Assembly (NCBI RefSeq): GCF_000007985.2
Contig: NC_002939.5
Coordinates: 3,420,001 to 3,452,000 of the forward strand
Length of the DNA stretch: 32,000 nucleotides
Direction of reading: 5' to 3'
Source: Geobacter sulfurreducens PCA
Lineage (GTDB): Bacteria > Desulfobacterota > Desulfuromonadia > Geobacterales > Geobacteraceae
The notes below the pieces were generated by a model that was not told the origin of the DNA, made no database searches, and was given only the letters and a program-made list of their open reading frames with translations. Each line of letters begins with the position of its first letter. The first letter of the stretch is position 1. Made by a program: the position numbers and the translations under genes. This document shows, one piece after another, positions 1 to 7,875 of this stretch.

Positions 1-121
1 CGGCGGCAAGGGCGAGGGGGGCGGCGGACGCGCAGGCGGACGCGGCGGCCAGGAGAGCGGCTTCGGCGGCCCCTCCTATGACGAGCCGGCGTTCAACCCG
101 GACGACGATATTCCGTTTTAG
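1..121 (+). CDS. ssb: single-stranded DNA-binding protein, C-terminal end (partial, runs off the 5' edge)
   Basis: Frame starting at nt 2 reads GGKGEGGGGRAGGRGGQESGFGGPSYDEPAFNPDDDIPF*. This is a Gly-rich linker plus the acidic DDDIPF tip diagnostic of bacterial SSB. Stop TAG at 119-121. Confidence 0.8.
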   Translation, partial: GGKGEGGGGRAGGRGGQESGFGGPSYDEPAFNPDDDIPF

Positions 122-149
122 TACATCCTGCTTTTTTCTACGCACCCAC

Positions 150-184
150 GAGCCGCGGCGTCTCTGCACCGCGGCTCTTTTTTT
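150..184 (+). terminator. intrinsic terminator after ssb
   Basis: GAGCCGCGG (150-158) pairs perfectly with CCGCGGCTC (169-177), with a 10-nt loop. A run of 7 T follows directly (178-184). Confidence 0.75.
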
Positions 185-867
185 CATTCGCGGCGCGATG
201 CCCGTTCGAACTTGTACCCCACCCCGTACACTGAATGGATCAGATCCTCGCCGGGAGCGACATCCGCGATCTTTTTCCGCAGTTTTTTGATGTGGCTGTC
301 GATGGTACGGTCGGCAACCACCCGCTCGTCGGGGTAGATGCGGTCCATGAGTTGCTGGCGGCTGTAGATCCTGCCGGGGCTGGCCGCCAGGAACTGGAGA
401 AGCTTGAACTCGACGGCGGTCAAATCCAGTTCGTGACCGTCAAGGGCGGCACGGTAGCATGCCCCGTCCATGACGAGACCGGCCAGTGCCGTTGTCTGAC
501 CCGGTCCGCTACGGCGCAGGACCGCCTTCACCCGCGCCACCACCTCGCGGGGACTGAAGGGCTTGCAGATGTAGTCGTCCGCCCCCAGTTCAAGGCCGAG
601 CAGGCGGTCGATCTCCTCGATCCGCGCCGTGATCATGATGATCGGCACACTGGAAAAGACGCGGACATCCTTGCAGATCTCCAGGCCATCGCGGCCCGGC
701 AGCATCAGGTCGAGCAGAACGAGGTCCGGTGCATGTTCGCGCACCCACGGCGCAGCCTCGGCACCTCCCGCCAGACAACAGACGTCAAATCCCGCCAATC
801 GCAGATAATCGCGCAGCAGGGTGGCAATCTTCTCCTCGTCCTCCACAATGAGAATCGTTCCGGTCAT
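184..867 (-). CDS. OmpR/PhoB-family response regulator, BaeR-like
   Basis: 227-aa ORF. It has a receiver domain (ILIVEDE..., DLVLLDLMLPGRDG, KPF) and a winged-helix output (TIDSHIKKLRKK, YGVGYKF). The segment IEEIDRLLGLELGADDYICKPFSPREVVARVKAVLRR closely resembles E. coli BaeR as I recall it. Its ATG overlaps the kinase stop (ATGA at 864-867). Confidence 0.9.
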   Translation of the reverse strand: MTGTILIVEDEEKIATLLRDYLRLAGFDVCCLAGGAEAAPWVREHAPDLVLLDLMLPGRDGLEICKDVRVFSSVPIIMITARIEEIDRLLGLELGADDYICKPFSPREVVARVKAVLRRSGPGQTTALAGLVMDGACYRAALDGHELDLTAVEFKLLQFLAASPGRIYSRQQLMDRIYPDERVVADRTIDSHIKKLRKKIADVAPGEDLIHSVYGVGYKFERASRRE

Positions 868-2303
868 GGCTGATGCTCCCCGACCGGCAGCGTCACGGCA
901 ATCCAGACCCCGCCCAGGGGCGAGTAACGGGCCGTGATGGTGCCGTTGTGAGCCTCGACAATGTTCCGGCAGATCGCCAGGCCGAGCCCCGCGCCGCCCC
1001 TGGCCCGACTACGGGAGCCCTCAACCCGGTAAAGCCGCTCGAAGAGCATCCCGAGGGCTTCTTCCGGCACCCCGGGCACCGAATCCTGCAGGTCGACGGT
1101 CACTGCCCCGTCATGGCACGTGAGCCGAACGAGCAACTCGCCGCCGATATCGGTGTATTTGAGAACATTGTCCAGCAGGTTGACGAAGAGTTGCTGCAAT
1201 CGCTCGGCATCGCCGAACACCGTGATTGGCTGCCGGACGGATATCTCCTCGCGGACGGCAATCCCCTTGCCGGCGAATTCGGCACGGTAGCTGACCAGTG
1301 CGCCGACCAGTACCCTCCCCAAGTCCAGCGGCTCTTTCCGGTAGGCGAGCGCGCCGATGTCGGTGAGGGAAAGCTGGTAAAGATCGTCCACCAACCGATT
1401 CAGGCGCAGGACCTCCCCATGGAGGGAGCGGATGGAATCCGGCGACGGTTGTCGGACGCCATCCTGGATCGCTTCTATTTCGCCCCGGAGCACGGCAAGC
1501 GGAGTACGGAGCTCGTGCGAAATGTCCGCCACCCACTGCCTCCGTGCCTGCTCGTTCTTCTCCAAGGTGAGGGCCAGGGCATTGAAGTCGCGGGCCAGGT
1601 GTCCCAGTTCGTCCGACGACGCCACGGGGATCCTGGTGTCGAACCGGCCGGCCGCAAGCTGACCGGTGGCCCCGGCCAGATCCCGGATGGGGCGCACGAG
1701 CCGCTTCGCGACCAGAAGCGACAGGCCGGCCGCGAGACAGACCACCACTCCCGCCACCAGGGCCACGGCCAGTTTCTGTTCCCGGATGAACCGGAGTTGG
1801 TGTGCCTCGGAGAGCTTGCGGCGGGGGGCGAGCCCCAGGTACCCCGCAACCGCCCCCTTGTAACGCAGGGCTTTCAGCTCCGCCACGTCGCCGGAAAAGT
1901 CGACGGGCAGCACATGCTCCCGGCGTGCGTCGAGAATGAGGAGACGCTCCGTCAGGTGATGAACCATGCGTTCGGGCGGCGGAGGCGGCCGCATCCCATC
2001 GCCGGGGAGCGGCCCGGGCGGCCCGGGTTCGAACGGCATTTCCTCCCGTGCGGGTAGCGACTCCGCCACGAGTCTGGCCAGCATGGCCGGCTCACGGCGC
2101 AGGAAATCCCAGTTTCCTGCAGCAGCGAATCGCTTTTCCAGCTCCGCTGCCAGCCGGTCAATCTGACGCTGCTCCATGGCGTTGACATAGCGGAGAAACC
2201 CGCGGTCAACACTCCACGTCATGATGACGACCATGCTGATTACCGCCATCACGGCGGCTGCCAGCATGGCCAGGAACAGCCGATGGGTAATGCCGATCTT
2301 CAT
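864..2303 (-). CDS. sensor histidine kinase (2 TM, periplasmic loop, HAMP, HisKA, HATPase_c), BaeS-like
   Basis: H-box ADISHELRTPLAVL, N-box LLDNVLKYT and G-boxes DSVPGVP / GGAGLGLAICR are present. I chose the start at the internal ATG 2303 (MKIGITHRLFLAMLAAAV..., which begins TM1) rather than the ORF-track start at 2414. The kinase is translationally coupled to the regulator. Confidence 0.88.
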   Translation of the reverse strand: MKIGITHRLFLAMLAAAVMAVISMVVIMTWSVDRGFLRYVNAMEQRQIDRLAAELEKRFAAAGNWDFLRREPAMLARLVAESLPAREEMPFEPGPPGPLPGDGMRPPPPPERMVHHLTERLLILDARREHVLPVDFSGDVAELKALRYKGAVAGYLGLAPRRKLSEAHQLRFIREQKLAVALVAGVVVCLAAGLSLLVAKRLVRPIRDLAGATGQLAAGRFDTRIPVASSDELGHLARDFNALALTLEKNEQARRQWVADISHELRTPLAVLRGEIEAIQDGVRQPSPDSIRSLHGEVLRLNRLVDDLYQLSLTDIGALAYRKEPLDLGRVLVGALVSYRAEFAGKGIAVREEISVRQPITVFGDAERLQQLFVNLLDNVLKYTDIGGELLVRLTCHDGAVTVDLQDSVPGVPEEALGMLFERLYRVEGSRSRARGGAGLGLAICRNIVEAHNGTITARYSPLGGVWIAVTLPVGEHQP

Positions 2304-2410
2304 GGTCCTCGTCCTTGTGCCCGGCGAAACGCTCTCGTGAATGTTGTACCACATCCACCGGGGGTAGAGAGACCGGTATGACAAGCGCCCGGCACTTTTC
2401 CTCATTTCTT

Positions 2411-2428
2411 CCACATTGCGGCCACATT
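2411..2428 (+). promoter_or_regulatory. tandem direct repeat CCACATT-N4-CCACATT, candidate response-regulator box at the -35 position of the spy-like gene
   Basis: CCACATT occurs at 2411-2417 and 2422-2428, an 11-bp period (one helical turn). This lies 7 nt upstream of a TATTAC -10-like hexamer (2436-2441). A third near-copy, CCACATC, is at 2349-2355. Confidence 0.4.
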
Positions 2429-2482
2429 CCCGCGCTATTACTCGGACAGTACGGCAACATCACACAGGAAAGGAGAATCACC

Positions 2483-2959
2483 ATGAAAAAGCAGCTGTGC
2501 ATGATCGCGCTGGTGGGGGCGACGGCATTCGGGACGACGGGCACCTCGTGGTCGCTGGACGGCCCACCGCCACCGGAGCCGCCCCCCATGGGCAAAGGAC
2601 AGGAACACTTTCTGGAGCGGATGGCGAGCGTCCTCAAACTCACCGACGCTCAACAGGCACAGATCGAAGCCCTTATTTCGACCGATGCGGAACAGAATGC
2701 GCCCCTGCACCGGCAGCTGGCGGAAAATGAACGAGCGCTCCGGGAGGCGACGACTGCGGCGAGCTTGGATGAGGCGACGGTACGAGCCCTTGCCGCAACA
2801 AAGGGAAACCTTATGACTGAAATGATTGTCTCCCGCGCAAAGCTCAGAAATGCCATCAACGCCATCCTGACCGCCGAGCAACGCGAACTGGCAGACCGGC
2901 TCGATCCGTTGAAGTACGGCCCGCCGCGACCCCGCCCCGACCGTCCCGGCATGGAGTGA
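2483..2959 (+). CDS. periplasmic Spy/CpxP-family (LTXXQ-motif) stress chaperone-like protein
   Basis: Start ATG 2483 is preceded by AGGAGA (2471-2476). Signal peptide is MKKQLCMIALVGATAFG. Two LTXXQ motifs are present (LTDAQQ, LTAEQR) in a helical Gln/Ala/Glu-rich body. The gene is divergent from the BaeSR-like pair. Confidence 0.8.
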   Translation: MKKQLCMIALVGATAFGTTGTSWSLDGPPPPEPPPMGKGQEHFLERMASVLKLTDAQQAQIEALISTDAEQNAPLHRQLAENERALREATTAASLDEATVRALAATKGNLMTEMIVSRAKLRNAINAILTAEQRELADRLDPLKYGPPRPRPDRPGME

Positions 2960-3027
2960 ACGACGGCTACCCGATAATGAACAGGGGGCCACGCCGCGCT
3001 TCCCCCATTTCGCAAAGGAGACAGACC

Positions 3028-3492
3028 ATGGTAGACAGCATTGGCGGAACCGGGATCAGCATGGGCCACATGAGCGGCATGAAGCGACCCGACCCGAAGG
3101 AGATGTTCAAGAAGGTGGATACCGATGGCGACGGGGCAGTGTCCCAGACGGAACTGCAGGCGATGGTCGAGAAGATGCAGGAGCGGACCGGCCAATCGAT
3201 CAACGTGGAGGAGAGTTTCACCAATGCCGACAGCGACGGCAGCGGCTCCCTCAGCGAAGAGGAACTGAAGGGATTCAGGGAGAGCATGCGGCCGCCCCAC
3301 GAGCGGGAGGCCATGATGGGTGGCGAACCGATGGATGAAAGCGCCACCGCCCTCAAGGACGCCCTCCAGTCGTACCTGGCGAACGCCGACGATCAATCCA
3401 TCGCTGAGCTGATCAGCTTCCTGAAGGGAGCATCGGACTCGGACAGCAGCAGTTCTTCCACATCAACGTCGCTGCTAAGCATCACAACCTGA
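3028..3492 (+). CDS. EF-hand calcium-binding domain protein
   Basis: Start ATG 3028 follows AAGGAG (3015-3020). There are two canonical 12-residue EF loops: DTDGDGAVSQTE (3118-3153) and DSDGSGSLSEEE (3229-3264). The C-terminal tail is Ser-rich. I see no obvious signal peptide. Confidence 0.8.
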   Translation: MVDSIGGTGISMGHMSGMKRPDPKEMFKKVDTDGDGAVSQTELQAMVEKMQERTGQSINVEESFTNADSDGSGSLSEEELKGFRESMRPPHEREAMMGGEPMDESATALKDALQSYLANADDQSIAELISFLKGASDSDSSSSSTSTSLLSITT

Positions 3493-3515
3493 CGCACCAT
3501 ATCCTCCCCGGCTTC

Positions 3516-3560
3516 AAACGGCTAAACCCTGCTCCCTCGGGCGGGGTTTAGCCGTTTTTG
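3516..3560 (+). terminator. intrinsic terminator after the EF-hand gene (stem overlaps the 3' end of the convergent MBL gene)
   Basis: AAACGGCTAAACCC (3516-3529) pairs perfectly with GGGTTTAGCCGTTT (3544-3557). The T run continues to 3559. Confidence 0.65.
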
Positions 3561-4637
3561 CCTCTCTGGCTTCAGCTGCAACCAGCGCAGGCCGCCCGTG
3601 GCCTCGTCCATGCTCACCGGTTCGCCCATCAGCGGAGTTAAGACCGGAATGCCCCGGGCAATGCCCAGGGCGGCTATTCTGTCAAAAGGCTCCCGCCAGG
3701 GGTGCATGGAGAGATCAAAGGTGCCGTTGTGGATCGGGAGCAGGCTCTTGCCTTTCAGGTCGAGATGCGCCTGGATGCTCTCTTCCGGGTGCATGTGGAC
3801 GTTCGGCCAGCGTGCATTGTAGGCACCTGCTTCCAACAAGGTCAGGTCAAAGGGGCCATATTGATCGCCGATCTGCTTGAAGCCGTCGAAATAGCCGGTG
3901 TCACCACTGAAGAACAGGCGCCGGCCAGGGGCAAGGATTACCCATGAAGCCCACTGGGTAAGATTTTTGCCGAAGAAACCGCGTCCGGAGAAGTGTTGCG
4001 CAGGGGTGGCAACAAAGCGGACACCGCCGACGTCGATTCCCTGCCACCAGTCCAGTTGCCGCACCTTTGCCGCCGGCACACCCCAGTCGGCAAGGATGTC
4101 CCCCACCCCGAGCGGCGTCAGGAAATACTCCGTTTTTCCCGCCAGCTTCATGATGGAATCGTGGTCCAGATGGTCGTAATGGTCGTGGGAGATGATTACC
4201 GCCCTGATCGGCGGGAGCTCGTCGATACTGATGGGGGGCGGGTGGAACCGTTCCGGCCCGGCAAACCGTACGGGTGATGCCCGGTCCGAAAACATTGGGT
4301 CGGTTATCCAGAATGCGTCATTAAGCTTCATCAGGACGGTTGAGTGTCCAAGACGGTACACCGTGTTGTTCGGGGCACTCATCAACTGCGCTCCGATCAC
4401 TGTCTGTACCGGGATTTTCCCGGAAGGGCGCGTGTCTGCAGGTTTGTTGAAAAAGAAATCCCACATGACGCGGGCCAGCTCAAGCGGTCCGCCTGTTGTC
4501 ACCTCGACCGGACGTTTCAGGTCACTCGCGAGCGAGAGAGATGACCGGGTCCTGGCGGAACTGGTTTTATTGAACAATGTGGATGCCATAACGATGACGA
4601 CTCCTGCGATCAGGGTATAGAGTATGATTCGTTTCAT
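3522..4637 (-). CDS. MBL-fold metallo-hydrolase (NAPE-PLD-like / Lactamase_B_2 type), membrane-anchored or secreted
   Basis: Contains the HDHYDHLD metal motif and downstream His/Asp ligands. The N-terminal hydrophobic anchor is MKRIILYTLIAGVVIVMAS. I chose the start at ATG 4637 rather than the ORF-track start at 4727. Confidence 0.8.
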   Translation of the reverse strand: MKRIILYTLIAGVVIVMASTLFNKTSSARTRSSLSLASDLKRPVEVTTGGPLELARVMWDFFFNKPADTRPSGKIPVQTVIGAQLMSAPNNTVYRLGHSTVLMKLNDAFWITDPMFSDRASPVRFAGPERFHPPPISIDELPPIRAVIISHDHYDHLDHDSIMKLAGKTEYFLTPLGVGDILADWGVPAAKVRQLDWWQGIDVGGVRFVATPAQHFSGRGFFGKNLTQWASWVILAPGRRLFFSGDTGYFDGFKQIGDQYGPFDLTLLEAGAYNARWPNVHMHPEESIQAHLDLKGKSLLPIHNGTFDLSMHPWREPFDRIAALGIARGIPVLTPLMGEPVSMDEATGGLRWLQLKPERQKRLNPARGSRV

Positions 4638-4660
4638 CGGTTCCCGCCTGCTTGATCGGA

Positions 4661-5032
4661 TCAGATGAAATCCAGCCCGAGTTCTTTCAGCTTTGCGCTC
4701 CCGGGTTTCGTGATGTCCGGGTCCCACCCCCGATCCGTGTAGTACCGGGTGAGCATGGCATCAAAGCTGTCCCGGTCGAGCACCGCCCCCTTCTTCGGGC
4801 CAATGGTGAAGGCATCCTCGAAAAAGCGGTCGGGTATGAAGATGAGTGGGTTCTCCGGAGAAAGCGGGTTGACCCCCGGCTTTTTCAGCCGGTCCCAGAG
4901 GATTTTCATGCCGAGCCCCTGCCCGCCGACGAATCGGTCCAAGTCCGCAGGGGGAACCGCCACCTTTTCAATCTTCCCGGTGGAGAGATTTATGTTCAGA
5001 ATTACGCCATGATATCCCGGTTTCCCGCTCAT
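4661..5032 (-). pseudogene. aldehyde:ferredoxin oxidoreductase (tungsten AOR family) remnant with a large in-frame internal deletion
   Basis: The ORF is 123 aa. Residues 1 to about 66 (GYHGVILNINLSTGKIEKV...FVGGQGLGMKILWD...NPLSPENPLIF) match the AOR N-terminal domain. The remainder (GAVLDRDSFDAMLTRYYTDRGWD...KLKELGL) matches the extreme AOR C-terminus. The roughly 450-aa pterin/Fe-S core expected in 600-aa AORs is absent. A strong AGGAGG RBS and an ATGA overlap with the upstream Fe-S gene are retained. Confidence 0.65.
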
Positions 5033-5478
5033 CTTGAACCTCCTAAATCAGCCGTCCCGTACCAGTTCCGGCTTAACTCGGCCGCAATTTTTTCAGGCCC
5101 GAAGCCGTAGAATTTCCGGTCGGGTCGAACCTCCACATACGAAAGCGCGCCGAAAGGGCACCGTTTGACACATTGCGGGTCGCCGCCGCAGAGCGTGCAC
5201 ATCCGCTCCGGCTTTCCCGTGGCGGGGTTGGGGATAATCACCCCGGTCCTCTGCGCAGCGCACGCCGTGGCGCAACTCCGGCAGCCGGTACATTTCGCGT
5301 AATCCACCAGAACCATCTTCAGGACGGGGTCTCCGGAAAGGGCCCAGGCCGCAGCGTTGATGCCGAACTGGCCGAAGAGGACAAGCCCCCCTCCAAGCCC
5401 GACGCTTTTTATGAAATCCCGCCGGGTGAGGGCTGTTCGTTCATCGCCCTCCTGAGCCTCGATCTGCTCCATCTCCAT
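5029..5478 (-). CDS. Tat-exported 4Fe-4S ferredoxin-type protein (AOR partner-like), unusually short
   Basis: Twin-arginine signal TRRDFIKSVGLGGG. Cys groups are CTGCRSCATAC and CTLCGGDPQCVKRCP. GGAGG RBS precedes ATG 5478. Confidence 0.75.
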   Translation of the reverse strand: MEMEQIEAQEGDERTALTRRDFIKSVGLGGGLVLFGQFGINAAAWALSGDPVLKMVLVDYAKCTGCRSCATACAAQRTGVIIPNPATGKPERMCTLCGGDPQCVKRCPFGALSYVEVRPDRKFYGFGPEKIAAELSRNWYGTADLGGSR

Positions 5479-5535
5479 ACCAACCTCCGTCAGGGCCGGA
5501 CCGGCATCCCGGTCCGCCCTTCGGTTGCGTCGCCA

Positions 5536-6594
5536 TTACCCTTTCAGCGACGCCATATCGATGGAAAAGCGATACTTCACATCCGACTTGAGCAGCCGCT
5601 CGTAGGCCTCATTGATCTTCTGAATCGGGATGACCTCCACATCGGCGGTGATGTTGTGCTGGCCGCAGAAGTCGAGCATCTCCTGGGTCTCGGCGATGCC
5701 GCCGATGATCGACCCGGAAAGGCTGCGGCGGCCGAACAGGAGAGCGAAGGCGGATACCTCCAGCGGCTTCTCCGGCGCGCCAACCAGGGTGATGGTGCCG
5801 TCGCGGCCGAGCATGTTGAGGTAGGCGTTGATGTCATGGTCGGCGGCGATGGTGTCGAGGATGAAGTCGAACGTGCCGGCGTGCTGCTGCATCTCTTCCG
5901 CATTGGTGGAAACGATGACCTCGTGGGCACCGAGACGAAGGGCATCCTCCTTCTTGCCCGGAGAGGTGGTGAAAACCACCACCTGGGCACCGAACGCACG
6001 GGCGAACTTGACCCCCATGTGCCCCAGTCCGCCGAGGCCGACGACACCGGCCTTCTTCCCCCTGATGTCGCCCCAGCGGCGAATCGGCGAGTAGGTGGTG
6101 ATGCCGGCGCAGAGCAGCGGCGCGACTCCGGCCAGGTCGAGGGTGGCGGGGACATGCAGCACGAAGCGCTCATCGACCACGATGCTCTCGGAGTAGCCGC
6201 CGTAGGTGACCGGCGCTGCCTGGTGCTTGTCCGGCGAGTTGTAGGTGAAGGTGGCGTCTGGGCAGAACTGCTCCAGGTTCGACTGGCAACTCGGGCAGGT
6301 GTGATCCGAGTCGACCAGGCAGCCGACGCCGGCAAGATCGCCCGGTTTGAATTTCGTGACAGCGGAACCGACCCTGGTAATCCGGCCGACGATCTCGTGC
6401 CCCGGCACGCAGGGGTAGACCGTGGGCATGACGCTGTTCCACTCGTCCCGCACCGTGTGGAGATCCGAGTGGCAGACGCCGCAGAAGAGGATCTCGATCT
6501 GCACGTCGCGCTCGGTCGTCTCGCGGCGGGGAATGGTGTCGAGGGCCAGCGGCGAAGCGGCGCTGGCGGCAGAATAGGCTCTGGCTTTGTACAT
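5536..6594 (-). CDS. Zn-dependent NAD(P)-alcohol dehydrogenase, YahK / cinnamyl-ADH type
   Basis: Contains GVCHSDLH, PCVPGHEIVG, structural-Zn cysteines CPSCQSNLEQFC and a GLGGLGHMG Rossmann motif. AAGGAG RBS is present. Confidence 0.9.
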   Translation of the reverse strand: MYKARAYSAASAASPLALDTIPRRETTERDVQIEILFCGVCHSDLHTVRDEWNSVMPTVYPCVPGHEIVGRITRVGSAVTKFKPGDLAGVGCLVDSDHTCPSCQSNLEQFCPDATFTYNSPDKHQAAPVTYGGYSESIVVDERFVLHVPATLDLAGVAPLLCAGITTYSPIRRWGDIRGKKAGVVGLGGLGHMGVKFARAFGAQVVVFTTSPGKKEDALRLGAHEVIVSTNAEEMQQHAGTFDFILDTIAADHDINAYLNMLGRDGTITLVGAPEKPLEVSAFALLFGRRSLSGSIIGGIAETQEMLDFCGQHNITADVEVIPIQKINEAYERLLKSDVKYRFSIDMASLKG

Positions 6595-6630
6595 GGCTGA
6601 TTCTCCTTGGCGGTTTGTTTTTACACTGCC

Positions 6631-6698
6631 TTGCCCCTCACCCCGGCCCTCTGGGTCTTCTCGCCTCGCCCGTTGGGGAGAGGGACGATGAGGGGCAA
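6631..6698. repeat. nested imperfect palindrome, REP-like extragenic element
   Basis: Outer arms TTGCCCCTCA (6631-6640) and TGAGGGGCAA (6689-6698) are perfect. Inner arms are CCCTCT and AGAGGG. The element sits between the AKR stop and the ADH start. Confidence 0.5.
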
Positions 6699-6703
6699 CA
6701 TGA

Positions 6704-7720
<1,017 letters not shown>

Positions 7721-7875
7721 TCACCCGCGTTCCCTTTCGGGTGGTTAAAACGTACCCCAGGCGAGGCGAGGGACGGTAGACCGATCCTGCCTGATTCTTG
7801 CCTGATCGCGCGACGGCTCGACAAAGGGGTTGAAGAAAGAAGGGAAGGTCCGTAGGATGATACGCGGAGGTAGCG

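Noticed and set aside
235-2057. Long plus-strand ORFs (235-873, 873-2057) opposite the response regulator and kinase
   Set aside because: These are antisense shadow ORFs typical of GC-rich DNA. Their translations are Arg/Gly/Pro/His-rich with no recognisable motifs. The minus strand carries complete REC/wHTH and HAMP/HisKA/HATPase domains.
2304-2482. ORF-track N-terminal extensions (kinase to 2414, spy-like from 2315; likewise 2956-3027, 4638-4727, 22538-22618, 26855-26905, 30659-30688)
   Set aside because: In each case an internal ATG has a good Shine-Dalgarno at proper spacing and starts the signal peptide, TM segment or conserved N-terminus. The extensions are Arg-rich with no RBS.
5479-5535. 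GC hairpin (GGGCGGACCGG/CCGGTCCGGCCC) between the ADH and Fe-S genes as a terminator
   Set aside because: The stem is imperfect, no U-tract follows, and the Fe-S gene's RBS comes immediately after. It is more likely an intra-operon structure.
5173-6600. 475-aa plus-strand ORF
   Set aside because: It is antisense to the Zn-ADH and Fe-S genes. The composition is low-complexity and Arg/Gly/Ala-rich, with no RBS and no family resemblance.
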